A stretch of DNA of 64,000 bases from Acidobacteriota bacterium (lineage in GTDB: Bacteria; Acidobacteriota; UBA6911; RPQK01; JADFOI01). The notes under the pieces were generated by a model. That model made no database searches and was not told where the DNA came from. It worked only from the letters and a program-made list of their open reading frames with translations. Positions 1 to 9,476 of the stretch are shown here, in pieces (positions within the stretch are counted from its first letter, which is position 1; each line of letters opens with the position of its first letter). The stretch lies in assembly GCA_963663035.1 (NCBI GenBank), contig OY760074.1, positions 352,001 through 416,000 on the forward strand. The letters run 5' to 3'. Both the position numbers and the translations under genes were made by a program.

Positions 1-1
1 G

Positions 2-1567
2 GAAACCTTGGGTAAGGAAGGGAAAAAACTCATTTTTCTGTTTGATGAGTTTGACGCCATCACTTCCAACTCCGCATTCGACGGCGAGTTCTTTTCCTAC
101 CTCCGATCTGCGGCCAACAACTACGCCGTGGCTTATGTGACATCTTCCAAAACGGAACTCCAGCGTCTCTGTCACTCTTCAGAGATTGCCGATTCTCCAT
201 TCTTCAACATCTTCACCAACCTCTATCTGAAACCGTTTGAGAGAGAAGAAGCAGTTGAGCTGATCACCCGGCCTTCGGAGAAGCATGGGAGTCCCTTAGA
301 TGCCTTTGTGGAAGAAATTATGGAATTGGCCGGACTCTTCCCTTTCTATTTACAGATTGCCTGTTCGATTTATTTCGATTGGCTGGAGGAAAATCCTTTT
401 AAGCCCCTCAACGACCAGGAGATCGAGACCCGCTTTCTGGAAGAAGCGGGTTCTCACTTTGAGTACTTTTGGGAACACGCTGGGTCCCAGGCCAGAGAGG
501 TGCTGACAGGCATCACCGAGGGAGTGCAACCCGGACCGGAAGAGGTTCACATCTGTCGGAGGTTCGTTCGGGAGGGATACCTGGTGGAAGAGGGTAAGGA
601 GCTTCGAATCTTTTCGCGGGTCTTTGCTGATTACATCCGATCGGTGGAACATCTCAGCCGTGAAAACAAGCCTCCCCAGACTTCCAAAATGTCTCAGAGT
701 AGCCGTCAGCTATCGCCTGGATTGAAAGTCAACCAATATGAGGTCCTGTTGAAACTGGGGGAGGGGGGCATGGGGGTTGTGTATCAGGCCCACGACACTG
801 CTCTGGACCGCAAGGTGGCTTTGAAGGTCATCAAACCTGAACTGTTGCAACAGGAGAATGCTCGAAAAAGATTTCTCCAGGAAGCGAGATCAGCTGCTGC
901 CCTGAACCATCCCGCCATCTGCGCTATTTATGAGCTTTTTGACTACGGGAATCAGGTTCTCCTGGTCATGGAATGGCTAGATGGCGAGACCCTCAGGGAC
1001 GAAGTGGATGAGGAAGGGCCTTTGGAGTGGAGGAAGCTGGTTCAGTGGTTGATCGAGGCTTGCGATGGGTTGGAAGTCGCTCATCAGCGACTCATGGTTC
1101 ATCGGGACATCAAGTCTTCAAATCTGATGATCACAACTGAGAACCATCTGAAGATTCTGGATTTTGGATTAGCAAAACATTGGGGACTGGAAAACGAGAG
1201 TACTCAGCTGACGGTTGAGGGCACCTTGGTGGGGACCCTGGGCTACGTTTCACCTGAGCAGGCTCGTGGCGACCCGGTGGATCAGCGCAGCGACCTGTTC
1301 TCCTTGGGTGTGGTGTTTTTCGAGGGCCTCACGGGAAAACTCCCCTTCCAGCGGAAAAGTACGACTGCCACACTGTACGCGATTGTGAATGAACCTGTTC
1401 CCGACCTGGCGCTTTACCAGATAGAGGATGCGGACAGGCTGGATCCTGTGATCAGAAAACTGCTGGAGAAAGCACCCGAAGACCGATATCAAAGCGCCGG
1501 GGAGTTGAAGAAAGACCTTAAACAACTGTTAAAAAAAGGAAGAGCCTTTCTTCCCTGGATCAAGTGA
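2..1567 (+). CDS. P-loop (AAA/STAND-like) ATPase fused to C-terminal Hanks-type Ser/Thr protein kinase, 5' partial
   Basis: Frame open from window edge. Walker B FLFDEFD. Kinase motifs GEGGMG, VALK, HRDIKSSN, DFG, YVSPE. Confidence 0.9.
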   Translation, partial: ETLGKEGKKLIFLFDEFDAITSNSAFDGEFFSYLRSAANNYAVAYVTSSKTELQRLCHSSEIADSPFFNIFTNLYLKPFEREEAVELITRPSEKHGSPLDAFVEEIMELAGLFPFYLQIACSIYFDWLEENPFKPLNDQEIETRFLEEAGSHFEYFWEHAGSQAREVLTGITEGVQPGPEEVHICRRFVREGYLVEEGKELRIFSRVFADYIRSVEHLSRENKPPQTSKMSQSSRQLSPGLKVNQYEVLLKLGEGGMGVVYQAHDTALDRKVALKVIKPELLQQENARKRFLQEARSAAALNHPAICAIYELFDYGNQVLLVMEWLDGETLRDEVDEEGPLEWRKLVQWLIEACDGLEVAHQRLMVHRDIKSSNLMITTENHLKILDFGLAKHWGLENESTQLTVEGTLVGTLGYVSPEQARGDPVDQRSDLFSLGVVFFEGLTGKLPFQRKSTTATLYAIVNEPVPDLALYQIEDADRLDPVIRKLLEKAPEDRYQSAGELKKDLKQLLKKGRAFLPWIK

Positions 1568-1587
1568 GGGGAGAGAGTTCGAGGCCC

Positions 1588-2772
1588 TCATAAGCGCCGC
1601 AGTTTGCGCCGGGCCTCCTTGATGGTATCTTCGAGCCCCTCCTGAGGGCCGGCCTGATCGAGCACCTGTTGGTAATATTCCTGGGCTTGAGCCTTTTCCC
1701 CTCTTTCGTTGTGAATTTCTGCCATGTGGAAATAGACTAAAGCTTCGGTTTCCGACTCCCCCTTGGGCTCCTCCAGGGCTTTGTTAAAGGCTTGAAGAGC
1801 CAGACCGTATTCACGAAGCTGTACATAGGTCTTTCCGATGCGGAAGTGAATCTCCCCTGCCTCAAGACCTGGAGCCTTATCGGGCAGTGTCTCGAGCAAG
1901 TTCTGATAGATCTCCAGCGCGGAATTGAAGTCGCTGAGTCTCAACTGATAGATCGCGGCCAGGTTGATGTCAAAAAGATAATTCTCAGGGTACTGCTCTC
2001 TCAGGTTCTGGAAAATCGCCACCGGCTGTAAAGGATCCCCTTTCCAGGAGTGCAGTAGGGCCAGCACCACTTGAGCGTCCAGCTGTCTATATTTCCCTTG
2101 CTCCGAAACCTGCTCAAGCCTCTCAAAGGCTCGCTCTTTGTCTCCCCGAATTCCGATCAGGAAGGCTAACCATTTGATGCTCCAGGGAAGGGTGGCTTTG
2201 GCAAATTCATTTCCGGCGATACTGACATTGGCATCCACAAAATTGGGGTCGAGCTCCAGAACCTCCTGGTGGACATTGTTGGCTTTCTTGCCGAAATTGA
2301 TGGCAGTTCCCGTACTCTTGGTGATGACGATGGCTTCACCCGCTAAGTTCTCGTAGGCAAGACCCTTGAAGTCGAGTGCCAACACGTCTTTGGGATTTTT
2401 CTCCAGAAGCCTTTCGCACAGAGCCAGAAGATTGTCGTTGGTCTCCCGGAAGTCTCGTATCTCTTGATTGATATCTTTGTGAGTCCGGCTCTTGGAAAAA
2501 GGAGTCGGGGTAGCATAGTCGTCGATGGCGAAATTGGCGGAAGCAAAGAGGAGCTTATTCCAGGTAGTAATGGACAACATCCCATATCCCACCGGATTAT
2601 CAGGGTACTCCCGGATGAGCTGATTGAAAATTCTCTCGGCTGCAGCGTAGTCTAGTCGGTAGATGGCATCCTGGCCCTCCCGTACACGCCGGTCCAAGGC
2701 ACTCTGATCCTGTCCCCAGAGCGAAGTTCCGATCAGGAGAAAAAGAGAGAAATAGAGTAGAAAGTCACGCAT
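1588..2772 (-). CDS. Secreted tetratricopeptide-repeat protein
   Basis: 394 aa, N-terminal signal peptide, several TPR-like helices (ALQAFNKALE, AQEYYQQVL). Confidence 0.85.
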   Translation of the reverse strand: MRDFLLYFSLFLLIGTSLWGQDQSALDRRVREGQDAIYRLDYAAAERIFNQLIREYPDNPVGYGMLSITTWNKLLFASANFAIDDYATPTPFSKSRTHKDINQEIRDFRETNDNLLALCERLLEKNPKDVLALDFKGLAYENLAGEAIVITKSTGTAINFGKKANNVHQEVLELDPNFVDANVSIAGNEFAKATLPWSIKWLAFLIGIRGDKERAFERLEQVSEQGKYRQLDAQVVLALLHSWKGDPLQPVAIFQNLREQYPENYLFDINLAAIYQLRLSDFNSALEIYQNLLETLPDKAPGLEAGEIHFRIGKTYVQLREYGLALQAFNKALEEPKGESETEALVYFHMAEIHNERGEKAQAQEYYQQVLDQAGPQEGLEDTIKEARRKLRRL

Positions 2773-2790
2773 CGATTTACCGTGAGTATA

Positions 2791-2820
2791 CCACCGAACT
2801 CCCCCGAACTTCCCCGAATT
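2791..2820. repeat. 3 x 10-bp tandem repeat in divergent intergenic region
   Basis: ccaccgaact cccccgaact tccccgaatt. Confidence 0.7.
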
Positions 2821-2879
2821 CCTGCTGACTTGCTCTGTTGGCAGAAAAGGTCAAGAATGAAGGCCAAAGTAGACTTCCT

Positions 2880-5024
2880 ATGAAGGGGCAAAAGGCAGTC
2901 AACATCCTTCTATTTCTTGTCTTGATCCTGCTGGCCGGTGTTGAGCTGTTCTTCATCTACAACCAGACCCTCTATTTCTCCGAGGCCTGGTTTCTCCTTC
3001 TCCTGGTGCTCCTGGGCTTCATTGGGCTGGTGATGCGGCGGTACGATCCCATCGTCGTCGTGCTGTGTCTCCTTCTGGCTTCTCTGTCGGTTCTGGTCAG
3101 TTTCGTGGTCCCGGGAGAACTGCTGGTTCTGGGGGGGTGGCTGGGTACCCTGTGCGCGTTTTTCTGGAGCATGCTGTTGCGGCTCTTTCCGTTTGTTTTT
3201 GTCCACTTCTCTCTCATCTTCCCGGTGACCAGTGAATGGGTTTATCAAAGGCCCCGTCGCCTGGCTCTGCTCTATCTGCCTTACGGGATCTTGCTGGTCT
3301 GTGAGCAGATTCAGGCGACCCGAGACATCAGTGACTTTGTTGCTATTGCCTCGATGCCACTGGGCTTCGTCCTGGGGATGGCCATTTTTGTTCGGCAATA
3401 TCTTTATTCTCTCAGCACTGCTGAAAGAAATCGGCTTCAAGTCATCCTCATCGGTTGCCTGGCTGGAGGTGTTCCCCAGATTTTATCCCTCTTTGGCAGC
3501 GCTCAACTGCCTCCAGTCATGGGGCAACTCGCCTATTTCTTACTGCCCCTGTTCCCTCTTTCTCTGGTCTTTGCTGTCCTGAAAGAAAACTTTTCAGACA
3601 TCCGGCGTGTCTCCCAACATCTCCTTGTCTATTCCTTGGTGAGCGCAGGAGTCCTGACTGGTTTTTTGAATTCTTCTATCGGACTGGCCTTCTTTTCAGG
3701 CCAAGAGCTGCAATTGGGGCTAAGCTCCCTACTGATTCCCCTGGCCCTTTCACTGGTCCTCCTTTACCCTCTCCAGCGCTGGGCTGGAGCTTACGTTTCC
3801 GCTCACTTCCATACCCAGGAAAGTGGCGGGAAGGAAGACCGCAGTGCGCTGAAGAGATTCCATCCCATTCAACCTAATCCTTACATCGTCGGGAACCCGG
3901 TACGCTCTCCCGAGATGTTCTTCGGAAGAGAGGAAGAATTCCAATTTATTCGGGTCAAGCTGGAGAACCAACCCCAAGGCTGCGTGATTGTTTTGCATGG
4001 GGAGAGGCGAACGGGAAAGACTTCCATTTTATACCAGGTTGTCAATGGACGTTTGGGGCCGAGCTTTCTTCCCGTTTTCCTGGACATGCAGGGCCTGGTG
4101 GTGAATGAAGACCAAGAGTTTCTACAGGCTCTGGCAGCCAAGATTGCAAGTGCCCTTTCCGAAAGGGATCCCTCCTTCAAGCCCATCCAACCCCAATCCA
4201 TTACCAGTTACCTCGACTTCAGCGGCTTTCTGGATTCCGTTTTCCGGCGGACAGGAGAACTGCGCTTGGTCTTGCTGGTGGACGAATATGAACTGATTTC
4301 GGAAAAGATCAAGGAGGGAAAACTCAGTGGTGAGATGTATGGCTATCTCAACAGCCTTCTGGAACGCTATCCCCACTTATCTTTTGTGTTCACTGGTTCT
4401 CAAAAACTGGAGGCCAACCCTCCCTGGAGCCCTCTGCTGGGAAAGTCCTCTTACCGCGAGATTACTTTTCTGGGTCGCAAGGATGCCGAGGAGTTAGTCT
4501 GCGCGCCTGTTCGAGAGAAGGTGTTTTTCAGACCTGGATCGGTGAAGGATCTTCTACGTCTGACCAACGGACATCCCTTCTTTACCCAGCTGCTTTGTCA
4601 AACCATGGTCGAAGTATTAAACGAGCTTCAAACCAACGTGGTGGACCGAAAGATCGGCGAAGCGGTTGTGCAGAGGGCTGTGGAGAATCCACCGCCTCAG
4701 CTCTTGTATCAATGGGCGGGTTTCTCCGGATCAGAAAAGCTGGTTTTGTCGGCTCTGGCAACTTTGCTCAAAACGCCGCAAGGTTATGTCTCTGCCAATC
4801 GGATCGATCGGTCAATTCGCTCTCTTCCTGAGGATCAGCGACAACAGCTCGATAGAGCGCACACCTCCATGAAGCTTGAGGCCTTGCGCCAACGCCTGCT
4901 GTTGGATCGTGATCAAACCCGCTACCGCTTCAGAATGGATTTGCTGCGCCTTTGGATTCAAGTTGAACACAATGTCTGGAATGTTTTGAACGAAATTGCG
5001 GAGACGCTGACCGCTGACAACTGA
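2880..5024 (+). CDS. Multi-pass membrane protein with C-terminal AAA/STAND-like ATPase
   Basis: About 10 hydrophobic segments, then NPYIVGNPV...FFGRE, Walker A GERRTGKT, Walker B LLVDE. ATG 2880 preferred over TTG 2838. Confidence 0.85.
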   Translation: MKGQKAVNILLFLVLILLAGVELFFIYNQTLYFSEAWFLLLLVLLGFIGLVMRRYDPIVVVLCLLLASLSVLVSFVVPGELLVLGGWLGTLCAFFWSMLLRLFPFVFVHFSLIFPVTSEWVYQRPRRLALLYLPYGILLVCEQIQATRDISDFVAIASMPLGFVLGMAIFVRQYLYSLSTAERNRLQVILIGCLAGGVPQILSLFGSAQLPPVMGQLAYFLLPLFPLSLVFAVLKENFSDIRRVSQHLLVYSLVSAGVLTGFLNSSIGLAFFSGQELQLGLSSLLIPLALSLVLLYPLQRWAGAYVSAHFHTQESGGKEDRSALKRFHPIQPNPYIVGNPVRSPEMFFGREEEFQFIRVKLENQPQGCVIVLHGERRTGKTSILYQVVNGRLGPSFLPVFLDMQGLVVNEDQEFLQALAAKIASALSERDPSFKPIQPQSITSYLDFSGFLDSVFRRTGELRLVLLVDEYELISEKIKEGKLSGEMYGYLNSLLERYPHLSFVFTGSQKLEANPPWSPLLGKSSYREITFLGRKDAEELVCAPVREKVFFRPGSVKDLLRLTNGHPFFTQLLCQTMVEVLNELQTNVVDRKIGEAVVQRAVENPPPQLLYQWAGFSGSEKLVLSALATLLKTPQGYVSANRIDRSIRSLPEDQRQQLDRAHTSMKLEALRQRLLLDRDQTRYRFRMDLLRLWIQVEHNVWNVLNEIAETLTADN

Positions 5025-5055
5025 CCGCTGACAGCTGACCACTGACCACTGACAA
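5007..5055. repeat. Heptamer tandem repeat, 7 x CTGAC(C/A)(G/A)
   Basis: ctgaccg ctgacaa ctgaccg ctgacag ctgacca ctgacca ctgacaa. It supplies the stop codon of the upstream gene. Confidence 0.9.
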
Positions 5056-5073
5056 TAGACAAAAGACAGATGT

Positions 5074-5101
5074 CTCCTGCCTCCTGACTCCTGACTCCTA
5101 C
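5074..5101. repeat. Heptamer tandem repeat, 4 x CTCCTGA-like
   Basis: ctcctgc ctcctga ctcctga ctcctac. Confidence 0.8.
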
Positions 5102-5118
5102 CTTCTTCTTCTAACTTC

Positions 5119-5147
5119 TTGACACTCTTTGGGTGGCTACTTATTAT
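5119..5147 (+). promoter_or_regulatory. Sigma70-type promoter for ihf-merR
   Basis: TTGACA-17 bp-TATTAT, about 50 bp upstream of the IHF start. Confidence 0.75.
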
Positions 5148-5197
5148 GAAGGTTAGGTGCGCGTCCCAAGGAAATTTCGGGCAAGAAGGCATCCATT

Positions 5198-5464
5198 GTG
5201 ATCAAAGCCGACCTGGCGAAAGTTGTTTACGAGAGGCACGGAGGGATTTCCTTCCGGGAAGCAAAGGATGTGGTGGAGTTGATTCTCGGAGTCATGAAGG
5301 GAAGCCTGGTAGGTGGCGAGAATGTGAAGCTGTCTGGATTTGGTACTCTCAATGTGGCCCAGCGCAAAGGGCGGCTGGGCCGGAACCCTCAAACGGGTGA
5401 TCGTATGAAGCTCGCAGCCAGCAGATACGTCACCTTCCGACCGTCTGGTCTTCATAGTTTTTAG
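5198..5464 (+). CDS. ihfA: Integration host factor / HU-family DNA-binding protein (probably IHF alpha)
   Basis: KADLA...[10 protein letters not shown]...GRNPQTG...VTFRPS. Followed by merR, as is usual for ihfA. Confidence 0.85.
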   Translation: MIKADLAKVVYERHGGISFREAKDVVELILGVMKGSLVGGENVKLSGFGTLNVAQRKGRLGRNPQTGDRMKLAASRYVTFRPSGLHSF

Positions 5465-5475
5465 TTTCTTTCGCA

Positions 5476-5826
5476 ATGGCGGTAATCCGCAAGAAGCTCT
5501 TCTATAAAATCGGTGACGTTTGCCGGCTTTGCTCCATCCAGCCGTATGTGTTGCGTTACTGGGAGACCGAATTTGCCCTGCTGTCTCCCGCCAAGAACAG
5601 GGCGGGACAGCGTATTTACCGGGAAAAAGATCTGCAGCTGATCCAGGCGATTAAACAACTGCTTTACGATGAGGGCTATACCATTGCAGGAGCCAATCGG
5701 AAACTTCTCGACGATGGAAAATCTGACCTTCCTTTATTCAAGCAGAGTTTAAAAGTGGATCACACAAAGTCCCTCTCGGAGATTCAAAAGGAACTGGAAG
5801 AGGTGCTGACCATCCTGGAGGATTAG
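5476..5826 (+). CDS. MerR-family transcriptional regulator (ihfA-linked type)
   Basis: FYKIGDVC...[10 protein letters not shown]...[12 protein letters not shown]. Confidence 0.92.
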   Translation: MAVIRKKLFYKIGDVCRLCSIQPYVLRYWETEFALLSPAKNRAGQRIYREKDLQLIQAIKQLLYDEGYTIAGANRKLLDDGKSDLPLFKQSLKVDHTKSLSEIQKELEEVLTILED

Positions 5827-5879
5827 CCCGCACTTCTCACACCTATTCCTGGCCTCGCCTTGACTTTCAACCCATACTA

Positions 5880-5911
5880 ATAGAAAATTTAGTCGTGCCT
5901 AAATTTTCTAT
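5880..5911. promoter_or_regulatory. DtxR/MntR-like metal-regulator operator overlapping the multicopper oxidase promoter
   Basis: Perfect 13-bp inverted repeat ATAGAAAATTTAG-tcgtgc-CTAAATTTTCTAT with a TTAG-N6-CTAA core. TTGACT -35 box at 5860. Confidence 0.75.
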
Positions 5912-5932
5912 GTCAAAGTGAGGCCTACACAT

Positions 5933-6925
5933 ATGAAGAACAAATTCAGTCGGCGAACAGTATTGGGAGGTGCGGTCGGTGCCGCCGGTTTGGTCGGTGC
6001 CAAGGGACTGTTGGGGGTTCCCACAGTTTCTCCCGCTGAGCTGGACGTTGAAGCTCACGATGCGAGAGTGATGATGACCGCCGGTGAGGTGGATCTGAGT
6101 CAATTCGATCCCTCCAAATTCCTGACTGATTTCGACTACGGGACGGTGAGTCAATTGCCCAGCGGTCAGACCTTGCGGGAGTGGGAGATCGTGGCGGTCG
6201 ACCAGGACCTTGAAATTGCACCCGGAGTCTATTTCCCGGCCTGGACCTATAATGGACAGGTGCCGGGTCCGACCTTGCGTTGCAGCGAAGGCGATAGACT
6301 ACGCATCCACTTTTCGAACGCTGGCAGCCACCCTCATACGATCCACTTCCACGGTTTCCATCCGGCCACCATGGATGGCGTGTTTGAGGTGGTTATGCCG
6401 GGTGAAGCGCTGGTCTATGAGTTTGATGGCGGGCCCTCCGGGCTGCATCTTTACCATTGTCACTCGGTTCCCTTGAAGAGACACATTCACAAAGGCCTCT
6501 ACGGCGCCTTCATTGTCGACCCCCCGGAGAAACGACCGGAAGCCCATGAGATTGTGCTGGTCATGAATGGATTTGACACCAATTTTGATGGAGACAACGA
6601 GGTGTATGCCGTCAATACCGTGGCCTTTCACTATCATCGCCATCCCATCGAGGTGAAGCTTCAGGAACTCGTGCGGATTTATCTGGTCAACCTTCTGGAG
6701 TTTGATCTGGTGAACTCTCTTCACATCCATGGCAATTTCTTTGACGTTTACCGGACCGGAACCAGGCTGACCCCGGATGAATTTACCGACACCATCATGA
6801 TGTGTCAGGGGGAACGCCATGTTCTGGAGTTGAAATTCCGACATACCGGGAAGTTCATGTTCCACGCCCACCAGAGTGAGTTCGCTGAACTCGGATGGAT
6901 GGGTTTTTTTGATGTAAAGGAATAG
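5933..6925 (+). CDS. Tat-exported two-domain multicopper oxidase
   Basis: Twin-Arg SRRTVL. Copper motifs HPHTIHFHG, YHCH...H, HIHG, FHAH. Confidence 0.9.
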   Translation: MKNKFSRRTVLGGAVGAAGLVGAKGLLGVPTVSPAELDVEAHDARVMMTAGEVDLSQFDPSKFLTDFDYGTVSQLPSGQTLREWEIVAVDQDLEIAPGVYFPAWTYNGQVPGPTLRCSEGDRLRIHFSNAGSHPHTIHFHGFHPATMDGVFEVVMPGEALVYEFDGGPSGLHLYHCHSVPLKRHIHKGLYGAFIVDPPEKRPEAHEIVLVMNGFDTNFDGDNEVYAVNTVAFHYHRHPIEVKLQELVRIYLVNLLEFDLVNSLHIHGNFFDVYRTGTRLTPDEFTDTIMMCQGERHVLELKFRHTGKFMFHAHQSEFAELGWMGFFDVKE

Positions 6926-6932
6926 CAGGCTT

Positions 6933-8099
6933 ATGAATCAGTGGATTCGCGGACTTTTTCCAATCATGCTTCTGGGAGGCTTTTTGGCGCTCTTTTTCGC
7001 CTATGGGCCTCTGGGGGTATTCCTTGCTGATTTCCCACCAGTCGAGGAGTTGACCATTGAGCGGGCGGTACTTCCCGAACCGGATCACATCGTTCTTCAT
7101 GTGATCAACGGGGGACCCCAGCCGGTTACGGTTGCTCAGATCACGGTGGATGATGCGTTCTGGCAGTACTGGACGGATCCGGAAGAGAAGACCATTCCCC
7201 GCCTGGGCCAAATGAGGATCGACATTCCTTATCCCTGGGTGGAAGGTGACACCCACGAAGTCGTGATCCTGACCTCAACCGGTCTGACCTTCAGTCATGA
7301 GATTGCTGTGGCGACCGAGTCCCCACAGGTGGGCTGGACCTACTTTTGGACCTTCTCGCTATTGGGTATCTATGCGGGTGTTATCCCGGTTTTCTTAGGA
7401 CTGCTGTGGTACCCCTTCTTGCGGGAACTCAGTTCAAGATGGATTTCTTTTTTCCTCAGTCTGACCATGGGCCTGCTGGCCTTCCTGGCAGTGGATATGC
7501 TGGAGGAGGCGTTTGAGAGTGCGGAGGCAGTCCCTGGAGCGTATCAGGGGATCGCGCTGATTGGCATGGGTGTTATGGGGGCACTGCTGATTTTGGTTTA
7601 TCTGTCCCACCTCAAGGTGAGACCCTCGGATCGGTCCAGTGCGGAAGGCCGTCACTGGACTGCCGTGATGATTGCCACAGGTATCGGACTTCACAATCTG
7701 GGTGAGGGTCTGGCGATTGGCTCTTCCTATGCCCTTGGCGAGATTGCTCTGGGGACTTTTTTGGTTGTGGGCTTCACTCTGCACAATGTCACTGAGGGAT
7801 TGGGAATTGTGACGCCCATTGCAAAGGATCAGCCTTCCATCGGTCGCCTGGTCGTGCTGGGACTGATAGCCGGGGTTCCTACAGTGTTGGGAACCTGGAT
7901 GGGGGGCTTCAGTTATTCTCCCCTTTGGGCCACCCTTTTTCTAGCCATAGGGGTAGGGGCTATTCTTCAGGTGATTTACCAGCTCATGTCGCTATTCGCC
8001 AGACGAGAAGACACGGGTTTCGCCAGCGCTTATAATCTCACAGGCTTTCTTCTGGGTCTGGGGATAATGTACGGCACCGGGCTCCTGGTTGTGTCCTAA
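6933..8099 (+). CDS. ZIP-family metal transporter with N-terminal extracytoplasmic domain
   Basis: GIGLHNLGEGLAIG and FTLHNVTEGLG motifs, multiple TM helices. Confidence 0.9.
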   Translation: MNQWIRGLFPIMLLGGFLALFFAYGPLGVFLADFPPVEELTIERAVLPEPDHIVLHVINGGPQPVTVAQITVDDAFWQYWTDPEEKTIPRLGQMRIDIPYPWVEGDTHEVVILTSTGLTFSHEIAVATESPQVGWTYFWTFSLLGIYAGVIPVFLGLLWYPFLRELSSRWISFFLSLTMGLLAFLAVDMLEEAFESAEAVPGAYQGIALIGMGVMGALLILVYLSHLKVRPSDRSSAEGRHWTAVMIATGIGLHNLGEGLAIGSSYALGEIALGTFLVVGFTLHNVTEGLGIVTPIAKDQPSIGRLVVLGLIAGVPTVLGTWMGGFSYSPLWATLFLAIGVGAILQVIYQLMSLFARREDTGFASAYNLTGFLLGLGIMYGTGLLVVS

Positions 8100-8111
8100 A
8101 GGGAGGATTGC

Positions 8112-8573
8112 ATGAGTAAGCTCATTCACACTTCAAAAACGAGAATCTATCAAGACAAACGACCCAATCGACGTGCATTTATCGAGCATTTTAAGGAACC
8201 TGTGGTTTTTGGAATGCACGGTGGCATCAAGGAGTTCTACGGGGTTGAGTCGGAGGAGGAGCATCCGGCGACGCTCGACTACATCATTGCTGGGGTGGGG
8301 GGCTGACTGACAGGAACGTTAGCAGGCGTGCTGGAAGCACGTGAAATCTCAGCGACTTCGGGTCAGCTCTACGCGGATGTTGAAGGTGACATAGAGGAGG
8401 TTGATGATAAGGCAATCATCACCCGGATTCGAGTGCGTTATCATCTGAAGGATGTCCCGCCAGAGAAGCATGAGGTCGTGGAGCGAGCTCTGAAGATTCA
8501 TGAGGACTTCTGTCCGGCTGCGGCCAGCGTCAAGCGAGGCATCGCCATCGAGTTCTCGTGCGAGTTTGAGTAG
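8112..8573 (+). CDS. OsmC/Ohr-family peroxiredoxin-like selenoprotein (UGA=Sec at 8304-8306)
   Basis: ORFs 8112-8306 and 8328-8573 are in one frame, separated only by TGA. The fused sequence AGVGG-U-LTGTL...HEDFCPAAAS matches the two OsmC catalytic Cys positions. Strong RBS GGAGG. Confidence 0.85.
8326..8342 (+). promoter_or_regulatory. Putative bacterial SECIS apical hairpin
   Basis: GCGTGCT-GGA-AGCACGT stem-loop starting 20 nt after the in-frame UGA, with a G-first apical loop. Confidence 0.65.
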
Positions 8574-8609
8574 ACGCCCTTGCGGCTGTTTAGAAACTGG
8601 GGTGAGTCC

Positions 8610-9461
8610 CTAGACGTCGCCCTCTTGAACCTGTCGTTCAATATGAGCCAGGTTGGCCTCAATGGAGTGGAAATATTGGTTTTCCCCACTACTGAAGTGG
8701 TGTGAAAGTGCCTTATGGACCCCGCCCCAGTGGGTCTCGAGCATCCGTTTTACATAGTCTTCATAAAAACTGCGAGTCTGCCTGAGTAAATCCTCGGCAC
8801 TGCTATAGTCGTTGATCCAGCTGTCGGTGATCTCTGAGTAGGCGGCAGCCTCCGCGAATTCCTCATAGAGTGCATACAGGCTCTCGGGGTAGTCTGGTGC
8901 AGCCATTTGACCGAGCATGTCACCCGTACCCAGGATCCACCCGAGAAAGCTTTCTTTATCGTTTTCAAAGGGAATGTCCCCAACCTTGACCTCCACGCCG
9001 GTACAGTCGATGGCAAGCTGTATGAGGCGAATCTCATCAGCAGTGACATCAAACTCTGGAAGAAATTTTGCCGCAAATTTCCCGCTCCGTTTGACATGAG
9101 AGAGGGTGTATTTGCCACCTGTGCCCTCATCATCACCGACCTGTTTAATGAACCCGCTATCGTGTAACAGGGTAGCGGCCACAATCAGCTCAAAGTCGCG
9201 GCAGCTCAGGACAGGAGAGTTTCCGCTTTTGATGTGTCCGTCTAGAATCCGAGCCACCGCTACGGTGGCCTTACCCGTATGGGTCAGGTCGTGATAAGCG
9301 GTATCGCTGTGCTGGTAGCCAGGATACCTTCCTTCAAACAAGTCCTGTACTCGCTCAAAGACCTTGAACAGGAAGGTTGTGCTCTGGTCCGGGAAACACG
9401 AGCTAAAGGTCTCTTTGACAAAATCGAAGGTCTTTTTTCTGTCGACGTCGATATTAACCAT
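8610..9461 (-). CDS. HD-domain metal-dependent phosphohydrolase
   Basis: YHDLTH, LLHDSG and GDMLGQ motifs. ATG 9461 has a purine-rich RBS. The ORF-track extension to 9542 runs into the IS3. Confidence 0.85.
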   Translation of the reverse strand: MVNIDVDRKKTFDFVKETFSSCFPDQSTTFLFKVFERVQDLFEGRYPGYQHSDTAYHDLTHTGKATVAVARILDGHIKSGNSPVLSCRDFELIVAATLLHDSGFIKQVGDDEGTGGKYTLSHVKRSGKFAAKFLPEFDVTADEIRLIQLAIDCTGVEVKVGDIPFENDKESFLGWILGTGDMLGQMAAPDYPESLYALYEEFAEAAAYSEITDSWINDYSSAEDLLRQTRSFYEDYVKRMLETHWGGVHKALSHHFSSGENQYFHSIEANLAHIERQVQEGDV

Positions 9462-9476
9462 GACTCCGGCTTCCTC

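Noticed and set aside
5933-6925. Copper nitrite reductase (nirK) call
   Set aside because: It has HxH motifs in both domains for a trinuclear cluster and lacks the axial Met, which fits a two-domain multicopper oxidase better.
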